Positions 1 through 9,929 of a DNA stretch of 64,000 bases are shown here, piece by piece; the first letter of the stretch is position 1, and each line of letters begins with the position of its first letter. The DNA is taken from assembly GCA_902594005.1 (NCBI GenBank), contig CACJKN010000001.1, forward strand, positions 111,083 through 175,082. Reading direction: 5' to 3'. Both the position numbers and the translations under genes were made by a program. Below the pieces are notes generated by a model that did not search any database, was not told the DNA's origin, and worked only from the letters and a program-made list of their open reading frames with translations. This DNA comes from an uncultured SAR86 cluster bacterium. Its GTDB lineage: Bacteria; Pseudomonadota; Gammaproteobacteria; Magnimaribacterales; D2472.

Positions 1-1175
1 ATAAAATCCGAAGTAAAAGGGTTTGAGTGAACAACACCCTCGACAGCCTCTGCACCTGAATGCATTTTTAATAATACATCTTGAGCAAAATCTGCTTCAC
101 GAAGATCTTGCATAACCAAAGAAATTGTAAGCCTATAGGGTGCCACAACATTATCGATAAACCTTTTAGGAATTATGTCCATATAAGAAATATTATTGAC
201 CAAGATCATGGTTTTCTTGGCACCAAGTTTTTTAGCAAGAAAAGATGACATGATGTTTGCCTCATCATCATTTGTTAACGCGCAAAAAACATCAGTCTGA
301 TCAATATTCTCACTTGATAAAAGCTCTTCATCAGAACCACTTCCATGTAAAACTATTGATCTTTCAAGTTCCTCAGAAAGAAACTTACATCGTGCTTTAT
401 CCCTCTCCACCAACTTAACATTAAAATCTGACTCAAGATCTTTTGCTAGATTGAAACCTATTTTTCCGCCACCAACAATAAATATTCTTGAGTGTTGCGA
501 ATGATCCTCTTGAACTTCATTAACAACAGAATCGATATTTTCAGCTGAGGTTATAAAATAAAGTTCATCATTTTCTTTAATTATTGTAGATCCTGATGGT
601 TTTATAGGCTTATTTTTTCTATAAATCACAGGCACATGCGTTTCAACATCTGGCATGTCGTCATCAATATTCTTAAGCTCTTTTCCAACAAGCTTTCCTT
701 TTTTAGATGCTTTAACGGCAATGAGCTTTACCTTACCATCTGCAAAAGTTTCTATTTGATTTGTTCCAGGATGCCTTATTAATTGCGACAAGTGCTCAGT
801 AATATCCTTTTCTGGACTAATTGGAATATCTATAGAATCCTTAAATGATTCAAATGAGTCTAAATACGAGGAATCGCTTAGCCTACATATAGTTTTTTTA
901 ACGGAGAATGTCTCCTTTGCTATCTGGCATGAAACAATATTTACCTCATCATTATTTGTAAGGGCTAACAAGATTGTATCGGAATCACACCCAGCTCTTT
1001 TGAGAGTAATAGGATGGCTTGCATGCCCTGAAACAGTTCTGAGGTCTAGTCTAGAATCTAAATCAGATAACTTCTCGTCGTTGCTATCAATAACAGTTAC
1101 ATCGTAGCCATTTGAAGACAAGTTCGCTGACAAACTGCCGCCTACTTGACCTGCACCTAAAATTACAACTTTCAT
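1..1175 (-). CDS. trkA: Trk potassium-uptake NAD-binding subunit TrkA (C-terminal end runs off the left edge of the window)
   Basis: Absent from the ORF track because it is open to the window edge. Reverse translation from the ATG at 1175..1173 gives MKVVILGAGQVGGSLSANL..., the same Rossmann start as E. coli TrkA (MKIIILGAGQVGG). The same frame at bases 59..2 reads SGAEAVEGVVHSNPFTSDF, which aligns with the C-terminal TrkA region. The def-fmt-trkA neighbourhood is conserved. Confidence 0.85.
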   Translation of the reverse strand, partial: MKVVILGAGQVGGSLSANLSSNGYDVTVIDSNDEKLSDLDSRLDLRTVSGHASHPITLKRAGCDSDTILLALTNNDEVNIVSCQIAKETFSVKKTICRLSDSSYLDSFESFKDSIDIPISPEKDITEHLSQLIRHPGTNQIETFADGKVKLIAVKASKKGKLVGKELKNIDDDMPDVETHVPVIYRKNKPIKPSGSTIIKENDELYFITSAENIDSVVNEVQEDHSQHSRIFIVGGGKIGFNLAKDLESDFNVKLVERDKARCKFLSEELERSIVLHGSGSDEELLSSENIDQTDVFCALTNDDEANIMSSFLAKKLGAKKTMILVNNISYMDIIPKRFIDNVVAPYRLTISLVMQDLREADFAQDVLLKMHSGAEAVEGVVHSNPFTSDF

Positions 1176-1224
1176 AGGTGCTACGGTATACCTCTTTTTG
1201 AAGAATTTAAAGTTTTATAACAAA

Positions 1225-2142
1225 TTATATTTCGACAAAAAAATCTTTATATGAATTATAAATATCAGAAGAGTTAATTATTTTTTTACCAGGTAACTGT
1301 ATGTGAGTGATTACTATCACTGAATTATCAACTTTAACATGTATACCATCCTTAGTTACATCAAATATGGTTCCTGGAGTATCGTTATTATCTAGATCAA
1401 TGATGCGCATTCCATGTATCTTAATAGTGGTATCTTTGTATTGGAAATAAGTCCCAGGCCAGCCGGAGAAAGCTCTATATTTATTAAAAATTTCTTTTGC
1501 TGTCTCCTCAAAATTTATTCTTCCATCTTCTTTAGTGATTTTTCTACAGTAAGAAACATTATTATCAACCTGAGGAACAGGCTGCAATCCATTAGAAATT
1601 TTTTGAATAACATCAACAATATTTAATTTGGCTTTTGCTACTAGTTTTTTCTCAAGACTAATTCTGTTATCACTATCAGAAATTTCTACTTCAGAAACAT
1701 CATAGACAGGTCCTTCATCAAGAGACTCAACCATCTCCATATAAGAAATACCAGTTTTAATATCACCATTCAATAAAGCTGATTGAATTGGTGAAGCGCC
1801 CCTGTAGAGAGGAAGAATTGAGAAATGAATATTTAAGGGCGCAATGTTTGGGTGACTCAACAACTCTTTAGGCATTATTTTGCCAAAAGATGACAACACC
1901 AAGACATCGCAGGGATATTTGGTTATTTTATCAATAGTTTGATCACAAAAAGTATCAATTTTAATGCAAGGCAGGTTCGCGCTTTCAGCAAATTTAGCAA
2001 CTTCTGATGGCTCTTTTGCCTTATTTCTGGAAGATCTTTTATCAGCCTGCGTTAAAACTAGCGATATATTAAACGGACTATCTGCGAGTGTGGACAGTAT
2101 TTCCGCAGAAGATGAGGGGCTTCCGGCAAAGATAATATCCAT
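1225..2142 (-). CDS. fmt: Methionyl-tRNA formyltransferase
   Basis: 305-aa ORF with a formyltransferase core (NIHFSILPLYRGASPIQ). It lies directly downstream of def, as in most bacteria. Confidence 0.9.
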   Translation of the reverse strand: MDIIFAGSPSSSAEILSTLADSPFNISLVLTQADKRSSRNKAKEPSEVAKFAESANLPCIKIDTFCDQTIDKITKYPCDVLVLSSFGKIMPKELLSHPNIAPLNIHFSILPLYRGASPIQSALLNGDIKTGISYMEMVESLDEGPVYDVSEVEISDSDNRISLEKKLVAKAKLNIVDVIQKISNGLQPVPQVDNNVSYCRKITKEDGRINFEETAKEIFNKYRAFSGWPGTYFQYKDTTIKIHGMRIIDLDNNDTPGTIFDVTKDGIHVKVDNSVIVITHIQLPGKKIINSSDIYNSYKDFFVEI

Positions 2143-2169
2143 TTTTCGATTAAATTCTTCTAAATTCCT

Positions 2170-2673
2170 TTAATTTCTTCTATTTTCGAGTTTCTTTCTA
2201 ATTCTTTCCCTTTTTATAGGGCTTAGGTAATCTACAAAAAGCTTACCATCTAGATGGTCTATTTCATGCTGGGCACATACAGTGAAAATACCGTCTGGTT
2301 TATCTTCATGGAGGTTGCCTTGAAGATCCTGCCATTTAAGTAAAATCTTTGATGGCCTAGAAATTTCTTCGTTAAAACCAGGAATAGACAGGCAACCTTC
2401 TTCATAAATAAATGGACTTTTGTCTAATACTGTGTATTCAGGGTTTACAAATACACGGGGTTCATTCCTTTCTTCACTTAAATCCATAACGACCAATCTA
2501 ATGTGAATATCAACTTGGGTGGCAGCAAGACCTATACCTTCAGCTTCATACATAGTCTTTAACATGTTTTGGGAAAGTATTTCTAAACTTTTGTCGAATT
2601 TATCTATCTTTTTTGCCACTTTTCTAAGCTTTGGATCTGGAAATATAAGGATTTTTAAATCTGACATGTGCAT
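2170..2673 (-). CDS. def: Peptide deformylase
   Basis: Metal-site motifs EGCLSIPG and HEIDHLDG. An AAGGA SD sits 6 nt before the first ATG. Confidence 0.93.
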   Translation of the reverse strand: MHMSDLKILIFPDPKLRKVAKKIDKFDKSLEILSQNMLKTMYEAEGIGLAATQVDIHIRLVVMDLSEERNEPRVFVNPEYTVLDKSPFIYEEGCLSIPGFNEEISRPSKILLKWQDLQGNLHEDKPDGIFTVCAQHEIDHLDGKLFVDYLSPIKRERIRKKLENRRN

Positions 2674-2724
2674 ATTCTATCCTTTTTTCCTTCCAAATAA
2701 AGCTTTTTTATTTATAATACTTGC

Positions 2725-3210
2725 ATGTCAGTGGCAATTTTAATGGGTTCAGACTCAGATTTAGATGTTGTATCTAAAGCTTTTGATGTTTTAGATGGTT
2801 TTGACGTCAAATATACTAAAAATGTGCTTTCAGCTCACAGAACTCCTGCAGAAGTTCTTAACCTTGTAAATAATGCTGAATCAAGTGGTATTAAAGTTTT
2901 TATAGCGGCTGCAGGTATGGCTGCTCATCTTGCAGGCGTAGTTGCTGCTCATACATCATTGCCAGTTATAGGCATACCAATTCCGTCAGGATCTTTAAAC
3001 GGCATGGACTCACTTCTCTCTACAGTTCAAATGCCTCCGGGTATACCAGTTGCTACTGTAGCCATTGGATCGTCTGGTGCAAAAAATGCAGCTATTCTAG
3101 CTGTCCAGATTCTTGCAACTGCTGACGAGACTCTTAAGCAAAAACTTACCGACTATAAAGTCAATATGAAAGACGAAGTTCTTGCTAAAGATGCAAAACT
3201 AAACGCTTAA
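2725..3210 (+). CDS. purE: N5-carboxyaminoimidazole ribonucleotide mutase
   Basis: 161 aa with MGSDSDL and SAHRTP PurE signatures. No purK is adjacent. Confidence 0.9.
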   Translation: MSVAILMGSDSDLDVVSKAFDVLDGFDVKYTKNVLSAHRTPAEVLNLVNNAESSGIKVFIAAAGMAAHLAGVVAAHTSLPVIGIPIPSGSLNGMDSLLSTVQMPPGIPVATVAIGSSGAKNAAILAVQILATADETLKQKLTDYKVNMKDEVLAKDAKLNA

Positions 3211-3213
3211 TCT

Positions 3214-3762
3214 GTGAATTATTTAAATGCTGAAGATTCAGCAAATTGGCTTGCTGAAAATAAGATCTTATTACATCCAACAGAAGGTGTTTGGGGCATT
3301 GGTTGTAATGCAAAGAGCAGCATGGCTGTTGATAGAATCTTTGATCTTAAGAAAAGAGACAAATCAAAGAAATTTATTCTTTTATCTCCATCAATAGATT
3401 CTGTGAAAGAGTTCTGCTTAGTTTTAAAAGAAGACATAAAAATTCTTGAAAATAAGTGGCCAGGACCAACAACTTTTTTATTAGAAAGAAGTTCAGATAA
3501 ATATAAAGAATTATCATATTTAGAAAGACATGCAGTAAGAGTGAGCGCTCACAAACCATTAATTGAGTTACTAGATTTTTTTGGGTCAGAGATAGTTTCT
3601 ACATCTGCAAATATAAGCGGTGAAAGCGAGATAAAAAACAAAGATGATATAGTTAACTTTTTTAATTATGAGGATGTTGCAATATTTGATGACAGCTTAG
3701 GCAATTTAAAAAAACCTACAAAGATATTCGACTTGAAACTAAAGAAATATATACGGAAATGA
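3214..3762 (+). CDS. tsaC: L-threonylcarbamoyladenylate synthase, TsaC/YrdC type
   Basis: YrdC-fold motifs (HPTEGVWGIGCNA, STSANISGE). GTG start. The tsaC/aroE neighbourhood matches E. coli. Confidence 0.82.
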   Translation: MNYLNAEDSANWLAENKILLHPTEGVWGIGCNAKSSMAVDRIFDLKKRDKSKKFILLSPSIDSVKEFCLVLKEDIKILENKWPGPTTFLLERSSDKYKELSYLERHAVRVSAHKPLIELLDFFGSEIVSTSANISGESEIKNKDDIVNFFNYEDVAIFDDSLGNLKKPTKIFDLKLKKYIRK

Positions 3763-4655
3763 GTAATATAATTGAGAGAAAATTTCTAGGAATTCAAGAT
3801 ATGATCCTAGTCGGTTTGTTATCCTTGGAATCTAAGAAAAACAGAAAACCGATAGTCGATAATTGGAAATCTAAGATTGGAAAAGGAAAAACTTGTGTAA
3901 TTGAAAACGGCTCTGTTTTTGAAAAAGCTGTCGTGACATTTTCGTCCGTATCAGGCAAAAATCTTCCCACCAGCTCGGGCATGTCTGCAAATATAAATAA
4001 AATACACAAATTTAAAGCTATGGGAGTTTCTGTAATATGTCATCCTAAAAATCCAAAGGCTCCAACCTCCCATTTCAATGTAAGAACTTTTATGATTTTT
4101 GATAAGAAAGGCCTTCAAAATTGGTGGATTGGCGGAGGGTGTGATCTAACCCCTTTTCTACCATATAAATCTGATATTACTCTTTGGCATAGGTCTTTAA
4201 AATCTATGTTTGATTCATTTAATAAAACTTTTTATAAAAAATTTGCTAAAGAATGCGATAAATACTTCTTTTTGCCCCATAGAAAAGAAAGAAGGGGGGT
4301 AGGCGGAGTATTCTTTGACAATCTAAAGTATAAAGAGCATTTAGATAGCCTTAATTTATTAGAGTGCCTTGGAAAAGAATACACACAAGCCTATAGCAAA
4401 ATCCTTAAAAAAAGAATGAGCGAGAAATATACGAAAGATCAAAAACTGTTTCAGCAAATAAGGAGAGGCAGATATGCAGAGTTTAATCTGCTTCATGACA
4501 GAGGAACAAAGTTCGGCTTAGAGTCTGGAGGCAGAGTGAAGTCTATTTTATCTTCTATGCCGCCATCTACATCTTGGACTTATGAAATGCCAAAAGAGCT
4601 TAAGAAATATGAAACAAGGCTTTTAAAAACACTTAAAGAATCTTGGATGGTCTAA
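3759..4655 (+). CDS. hemF: Oxygen-dependent coproporphyrinogen III oxidase
   Basis: HemF motifs HFNVRTF, WWIGGGCDLTP and RRGRYAEFNL. ATGA overlap with tsaC. Confidence 0.9.
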   Translation: MSNIIERKFLGIQDMILVGLLSLESKKNRKPIVDNWKSKIGKGKTCVIENGSVFEKAVVTFSSVSGKNLPTSSGMSANINKIHKFKAMGVSVICHPKNPKAPTSHFNVRTFMIFDKKGLQNWWIGGGCDLTPFLPYKSDITLWHRSLKSMFDSFNKTFYKKFAKECDKYFFLPHRKERRGVGGVFFDNLKYKEHLDSLNLLECLGKEYTQAYSKILKKRMSEKYTKDQKLFQQIRRGRYAEFNLLHDRGTKFGLESGGRVKSILSSMPPSTSWTYEMPKELKKYETRLLKTLKESWMV

Positions 4656-4658
4656 TAA

Positions 4659-5480
4659 ATGCCAAAAATTAATAAGTTAGGTGTAATAGGATCACCAATC
4701 GATCATTCTCTTTCCCCATTCATACATTCACGATTTGCAAGACAAGCTAATTTAAATATTGATTACAGGCCATACAAAGTAGAATCAGATGAAATAGATA
4801 TGTTTCTTAAAGAATTTTTTGCAGATAAAAATGCAATTGGCCTAAATGTAACTTTGCCATTAAAAAAAGAGGCTTTTAATAGGTGTGACAGCACATCTGA
4901 AGAAGTAAGCTTTATAGAGGCCTCAAACACACTTATAAAAAAAAATAGATCTTTGCACGGGGAAACCACTGATAGTAGTGGCTTTATTAGCGATCTTAAA
5001 GATAAAAACATTGAATTATCTGGCAAGAAGGTTTTAATTATTGGAGCAGGAGACGCAACAGAAAGCATTTTATGGGGAATCATAAAACAAAAACCTAAAG
5101 AATTATTTATGATTAATAGAACCATTGAAAAAGCAGAAAGATTAGCTAAAAAGCATGGGGAGTTTGCCGATATTCATGTAGTTACAGAAGAAAACAACAT
5201 CAATGCAGACATTATTATCAATACAAGCTCTGCTGGTGTTACTGGAGAGTTTAAAGAGCCTCAAATAATAGACCTAAACGATTCAATAATTGCTTATGAT
5301 TTAAACTATTCAATTAATGAGACCCCTTTTTGTAAATGGGCGAAGTCTTTTACAGAAAAAAACTTTGATGGAACCGGAATGCTTGTACATCAAGCTGCAA
5401 AATCATTCAAACTTTGGTTCAATTATGAACCTGATGTTGTGAATGTTCTTCATGAAATTGAGCGCTTTAGGAATGAATGA
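4659..5480 (+). CDS. aroE: Shikimate dehydrogenase
   Basis: N-terminal LGVIGSPIDHSLSPFIH shikimate-binding motif and a central GAGDA Rossmann segment. Confidence 0.9.
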   Translation: MPKINKLGVIGSPIDHSLSPFIHSRFARQANLNIDYRPYKVESDEIDMFLKEFFADKNAIGLNVTLPLKKEAFNRCDSTSEEVSFIEASNTLIKKNRSLHGETTDSSGFISDLKDKNIELSGKKVLIIGAGDATESILWGIIKQKPKELFMINRTIEKAERLAKKHGEFADIHVVTEENNINADIIINTSSAGVTGEFKEPQIIDLNDSIIAYDLNYSINETPFCKWAKSFTEKNFDGTGMLVHQAAKSFKLWFNYEPDVVNVLHEIERFRNE

Positions 5481-5607
5481 CTTTAGAAGGTTTGTTGCTG
5501 GCGCAATATGCCCAAACTGTAAGAAGAAAGACACAATTGCCCTTAGCGCAGATGACAAGAGAATTTTTTGCGTAAGTTGTGATTTCGAAGAATATAAAAG
5601 CGAATAG
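5473..5607 (+). CDS. YheV-like small zinc-ribbon protein (44 aa)
   Basis: Not in the ORF track (<60 aa). Translation is MNDFRRFVAGAICPNCKKKDTIALSADDKRIFCVSCDFEEYKSE. It has a CxxC...CxxC pattern and an RF(I/V)AGAxCPxC start like E. coli YheV. It overlaps the aroE stop by 8 nt. Confidence 0.7.
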   Translation: MNDFRRFVAGAICPNCKKKDTIALSADDKRIFCVSCDFEEYKSE

Positions 5608-5717
5608 ATATATTCTACTACTTAAGTATAATGCCCTTGGGTTAACTAAAAAAACACTATTAATATAATAGAATTTTATAATATAATATAAACAGAATTT
5701 ATTAACGGAAAAGGGAA

Positions 5718-6872
5718 GTGTTTAAAAAATTAAATATTTTATGTAAAAGTGCATTTTCAGCACTACTAATCTTGTCGCTATATCCATCCAAAGTTCTCTC
5801 AGATTGGGATGCTTTAAACATGACAGAAGGTGTAACACAGGTCAGTAGAGATGTTTTTGAATTGCATATGCTTATTTTTTACATATGTGTTGCTATTGGG
5901 GCAGTTGTCTTTTCAGTCATGTTCTACTCCCTCTTTAGATATACAAAGAAAAGAAATCCAAATCCATCCACTTTTCACGAAAGCACAAAGCTTGAGCTTG
6001 CATGGACCGTAGTCCCTTTCCTTATCTTGATAGCAATGGCAGTTCCAGCTTCAAAAACTTTAACAGAGATCTATGATGATGAAGAGGGCGAGATCAACAT
6101 TCAAGTTGTTGGATATCAGTGGAAGTGGGAATACAAGTATCTAGAAGACGATATTAATTTTTTCTCAAACCTTAGTACAGATCAAGACGAAATTTATAAC
6201 CTTGTTCCTAAAGGCGAAAATTATCTATTGGAGGTCGACGAGCCACTAATAATCCCGGTTGACACAAGAGTAAGATTTTTAATAACGGCTAACGATGTAA
6301 TACACTCATGGTGGGTACCAGACTTTGCAATTAAACAAGATGCAATCCCTGGATTTATCAATACAGCATGGACAAGAGCAGAGGAAACAGGTATCTACAG
6401 AGGTAATTGCACAGAGCTTTGTGGAAAGAACCATGGATTTATGCCTGTGGTTGTTAAGGTTGTAGAAAAGGATGAATATAACGACTGGGTATTAGCAAAG
6501 AAAGAAGAAGCAATAAAGCTTGCTGAACTCACAGAAAAAGAATGGTCGCTTGATGAACTTACAGACAGGGGCGAAGGAGTTTACCAAAAGAACTGTGTTG
6601 CCTGTCATCAAATGAACGGTGAGGGACTCCCTCCGATATTTCCTGCTCTTGCTGGAAGTGACATTGTAATGTTTGATAAAGACAGGAATGTAGAAATTCT
6701 TATGGAAGGAGTTCAAGGAGCTGCTATGCAATCATTTGCAAATCAACTATCTGAAGTTGATATGGCTGCTGTTATAACATACACAAGACAGGCATGGGGA
6801 AATGCCGAAAATGGTGATGGAGAATATGTTGTTCCATCGGACATAGTTGAATATAAAAAACCAAAAATTTAA
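5718..6872 (+). CDS. coxB: Cytochrome c oxidase subunit II with fused C-terminal cytochrome c domain (caa3-like)
   Basis: Signal/TM N-terminus, CuA site CTELCGKNHGFM, and a CVACH heme-c motif encoded at 6594..6608. AAGGGAAG SD before the GTG start. Confidence 0.93.
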   Translation: MFKKLNILCKSAFSALLILSLYPSKVLSDWDALNMTEGVTQVSRDVFELHMLIFYICVAIGAVVFSVMFYSLFRYTKKRNPNPSTFHESTKLELAWTVVPFLILIAMAVPASKTLTEIYDDEEGEINIQVVGYQWKWEYKYLEDDINFFSNLSTDQDEIYNLVPKGENYLLEVDEPLIIPVDTRVRFLITANDVIHSWWVPDFAIKQDAIPGFINTAWTRAEETGIYRGNCTELCGKNHGFMPVVVKVVEKDEYNDWVLAKKEEAIKLAELTEKEWSLDELTDRGEGVYQKNCVACHQMNGEGLPPIFPALAGSDIVMFDKDRNVEILMEGVQGAAMQSFANQLSEVDMAAVITYTRQAWGNAENGDGEYVVPSDIVEYKKPKI

Positions 6873-6887
6873 TTAGCGAGGTAAATT

Positions 6888-8471
6888 ATGAGCTCAGTTA
6901 TTGAAAGCCACCATGATGATCATCATCACGGTCCTGCAAAAGGCTTGATGAGATGGCTTCTTACAACTAACCATAAAGACATAGGTACATTATATCTATG
7001 GTTTAGTTTTGCAATGTTCTTAATTGGCGGAGCAATGGCAATGGTTATTAGAGCCGAGCTTTTCCAGCCCGGGATGCAGATAGTAGAACCTGAATTCTAT
7101 AATCAGATGCTTACACTGCATGGACTTATTATGGTTTTTGGTGCCGTAATGCCAGCCTTTGTTGGATTGGCTAACTGGCTTGTGCCTATGATGGTTGGGG
7201 CTCCAGATATGGCCCTACCACGTTTAAATAATCTAAGTTTTTGGCTACTCCCATTTGCTTTTGGTATCTTACTCTCCTCATTATTTATGGAAGGGGGAGC
7301 GCCAAATTTTGGATGGACATTCTATGCTCCTCTCTCTACAACGTATGCACCTCCGAGTGTAACCTTTTTTATTTTCTCGGTTCACATTATGGGAGCGTCA
7401 TCAATTATGGGATCTATTAACGTAATCGTAACCATAATGAATATGAGAGCTCCAGGAATGGATTTAATGAAGATGCCGCTCTTTGTATGGTCTTGGTTAA
7501 TTACTGCTTACCTTCTTATTGCTGTTATGCCAGTTCTGGCTGGTGCAGTAACCATGATGTTAATGGATATCCATTTTGGAACAAGTTTTTTTAATGCAGC
7601 TGGTGGCGGTGATCCGGTATTATTCCAGCACATTTTTTGGTTCTTCGGTCACCCTGAAGTTTATATTATGATTTTGCCAGCATTTGGAATTGTCTCTCAC
7701 ATTATTGAGACTTTCTCCAGAAAGCAGCTATTTGGTTATTCATCTATGGTTTGGGCAATGCTGTCCATTGCAATTCTTTCTTTTGTTGTTTGGGCTCATC
7801 ACATGTTTACAGTTGGTATGCCACTAGCAGCTGAGCTTTTCTTTATGTGGGCAACGATGCTTATAGCAGTTCCAACTGGAGTGAAGGTGTTTAACTGGGT
7901 TGCAACAATGTTCAAAGGCTCCATCACTTATGAGACACCAATGCTATTTGCAATTTCCTTTGTAGTCCTTTTTACAATTGGTGGGTTCTCAGGGCTTATG
8001 CTTGCAATAGTACCTGCTGACTTTCAATATCATGATACTTATTTTGTGGTAGCTCATTTCCATTATGTGTTAGTGCCTGGATCAATATTTTCAATAATGG
8101 CCGCAGTTTATTATTGGATACCTAAATGGACAGGTAATATGTATGACGAAAGATTGGGTAGATTGCATTTTTGGCTTTCATTTGTAGGCGTAAATGTCAC
8201 CTTTTTCCCTCAACACTGGATTGGTCTAGCTGGAATGCCAAGAAGATATCCGGACTACGCTCTTCAGTTTGCAGATTGGAATATGGTTTCAACTGCTGGA
8301 GCATTTTTGTTTGGCGCTTCTCAAATTTTATTTTTATTTATTGTTCTTAAAACAGTAATGGGTGGAAAGAAAGCTACTCGTCAAGTTTGGGAGGGGGCAA
8401 GAGGTTTGGAGTGGTTAGTTGAATCACCAGCACCCTATCACACGTTTTCAACACCACCTAAAGTCAACTAA
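6888..8471 (+). CDS. coxA: Cytochrome c oxidase subunit I
   Basis: 527-aa polytopic heme-copper oxidase with WFFGHPEVY and WAHHMF motifs. GAGG SD. Confidence 0.97.
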   Translation: MSSVIESHHDDHHHGPAKGLMRWLLTTNHKDIGTLYLWFSFAMFLIGGAMAMVIRAELFQPGMQIVEPEFYNQMLTLHGLIMVFGAVMPAFVGLANWLVPMMVGAPDMALPRLNNLSFWLLPFAFGILLSSLFMEGGAPNFGWTFYAPLSTTYAPPSVTFFIFSVHIMGASSIMGSINVIVTIMNMRAPGMDLMKMPLFVWSWLITAYLLIAVMPVLAGAVTMMLMDIHFGTSFFNAAGGGDPVLFQHIFWFFGHPEVYIMILPAFGIVSHIIETFSRKQLFGYSSMVWAMLSIAILSFVVWAHHMFTVGMPLAAELFFMWATMLIAVPTGVKVFNWVATMFKGSITYETPMLFAISFVVLFTIGGFSGLMLAIVPADFQYHDTYFVVAHFHYVLVPGSIFSIMAAVYYWIPKWTGNMYDERLGRLHFWLSFVGVNVTFFPQHWIGLAGMPRRYPDYALQFADWNMVSTAGAFLFGASQILFLFIVLKTVMGGKKATRQVWEGARGLEWLVESPAPYHTFSTPPKVN

Positions 8472-9022
8472 TGAATAACTCTGCAAAAAGAACTCTTAAA
8501 TATCTGTCACTTGCAGTTTTTGGGATGTTCTTTTTTTCATTTGCGCTAGTTCCTCTTTACGATGTTTTTTGTGAAGTGACAGGTTTAAATGGAAAAATTT
8601 CGCAATCAGAGGAGGGAGCCAGCTATGAATCAAATACTGGAAGAGATTTAACAATCCAGTTTGTTTCACATAATGCTGAGCAAATGCCTTGGGTATTTAA
8701 ACCGTCTGAAAAGATTATGAAAGTGAAAACTGGAAAATACAGTAATGCAACGTTCTTTGTAAAAAATAATACAGATAAACCAATGACGGCAAGGGCAGTT
8801 CCTAGCGTTGCTCCAAGCAATGCAAATGAATACTTAAAAAAATTAGAATGTTTTTGTTTTGAAGAGCAATTTCTTGCTCCTGGCGAAGAAGCTCTTCTGC
8901 CAGTCAGATTTATTTTCGATAGTAATATGCCTGAAAGTATAAATAATGTAGCTCTCTCATATACTATCTTTGATATTACTAACTATAATGATATGGAGAT
9001 GGCAAATCACGATGGAAGATAG
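8471..9022 (+). CDS. ctaG: Cytochrome c oxidase assembly protein CtaG/Cox11
   Basis: N-terminal TM helix and the Cox11 copper motif CFCF (KLECFCFEEQ). TAATG overlap with coxA. Confidence 0.9.
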   Translation: MNNSAKRTLKYLSLAVFGMFFFSFALVPLYDVFCEVTGLNGKISQSEEGASYESNTGRDLTIQFVSHNAEQMPWVFKPSEKIMKVKTGKYSNATFFVKNNTDKPMTARAVPSVAPSNANEYLKKLECFCFEEQFLAPGEEALLPVRFIFDSNMPESINNVALSYTIFDITNYNDMEMANHDGR

Positions 9023-9023
9023 A

Positions 9024-9929
9024 ATGGAATATCAAAAATATTATGTTCCTGAGTCAAGCAAATTCCCTATTTTTGCTGCTTTTTCTTTGTTCATTGTAAT
9101 AATTGGCGCTTCATCTACAATTAATTCTCTTGATAATCCTGAAAGCAATGCAAGCTTAATTTTATATACAGGCCTAGCTTGTTTCTTAGCAACACTATTT
9201 TTTTGGTTCAGGCAGGTTGTTAAAGAAAACAATGCTGGTTTAGAAAGCGCACAACTTTCTCAGTCTTTTGTTTACGGGATGGCGTGGTTTATATTTTCTG
9301 AAGTAATGTTCTTTGCAGCTTTCTTTGGAGCTTTGTTCTATGTAAGATCTTTCGCAGTTCCATGGTTAGGAGGCGAAGGAGAAAAAGGCCTTGCTAATAT
9401 GCTATGGCAAGATTTTGAAGCTACGTGGCCACTAATAAATACTCCTGATGGAGGTAAAGCTTTTGTCATAGCTGCAAAAAGTATGAGCTTTCCTGGATGG
9501 GAAAATATTAGCCATTGGCTACCTCTGTACAACACTATCGTATTGCTTAGTTCTAGTGTCACAGTTCACTTTGCTCATCTGGGGCTGAAGAAAGGAAACA
9601 AAAAAACATTCAATATTTGGCTCGGTATTACAGTTTTACTCGCTCTAATTTTTGTTGGTCTTCAAGCAGCAGAATACTATGAGGCTTATGAGCATTTTGG
9701 ACTTACTCTAAATTCAGGAATTTATGGATCAACTTTCTTTATGTTGACCGGATTCCACGGATTCCATGTAATGTTAGGCGGCCTTATGCTCGCAGTTATG
9801 CTTATAAGATCTGTATTTTATGGACACTTTAATGAGCACAAACATTTTGGTTTCGAAGCCGCATCTTGGTATTGGCACTTTGTAGATGTTGTTTGGGTTA
9901 TGTTGTTCCTATTTGTTTATATTTTATAA
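9024..9929 (+). CDS. coxC: Cytochrome c oxidase subunit III
   Basis: The track ORF begins at 8970 inside ctaG. The ATG at 9024 (MEYQKYYVPESSKFP...) matches the usual subunit III N-terminus and follows a GGAAGA SD. The ATG at 9012 is an alternative start. Confidence 0.9.
   Translation: MEYQKYYVPESSKFPIFAAFSLFIVIIGASSTINSLDNPESNASLILYTGLACFLATLFFWFRQVVKENNAGLESAQLSQSFVYGMAWFIFSEVMFFAAFFGALFYVRSFAVPWLGGEGEKGLANMLWQDFEATWPLINTPDGGKAFVIAAKSMSFPGWENISHWLPLYNTIVLLSSSVTVHFAHLGLKKGNKKTFNIWLGITVLLALIFVGLQAAEYYEAYEHFGLTLNSGIYGSTFFMLTGFHGFHVMLGGLMLAVMLIRSVFYGHFNEHKHFGFEAASWYWHFVDVVWVMLFLFVYIL

Noticed and set aside
4763-5125. Long antisense ORFs of 100-122 aa inside real genes: 4763..5125 in aroE, 17794..18162 in gshA, 44013..44357 in ybeY, 44671..45033 in corC, and 56510..56827 opposite zapA.
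   Set aside because: Their composition is low-complexity and Ser/Leu/Ile/Phe-rich, typical of the reverse complement of a coding frame. There is no SD or family resemblance, and each is fully embedded in a confidently identified gene.
8970-9023. The ORF-track start of coxC at 8970 (MILLTIMIWRWQITMEDR...), overlapping ctaG by 53 nt.
   Set aside because: The extra residues do not resemble subunit III. The ATG at 9024 follows a GGAAGA SD and the ctaG stop, and it gives the usual MEYQKYYVP... N-terminus.
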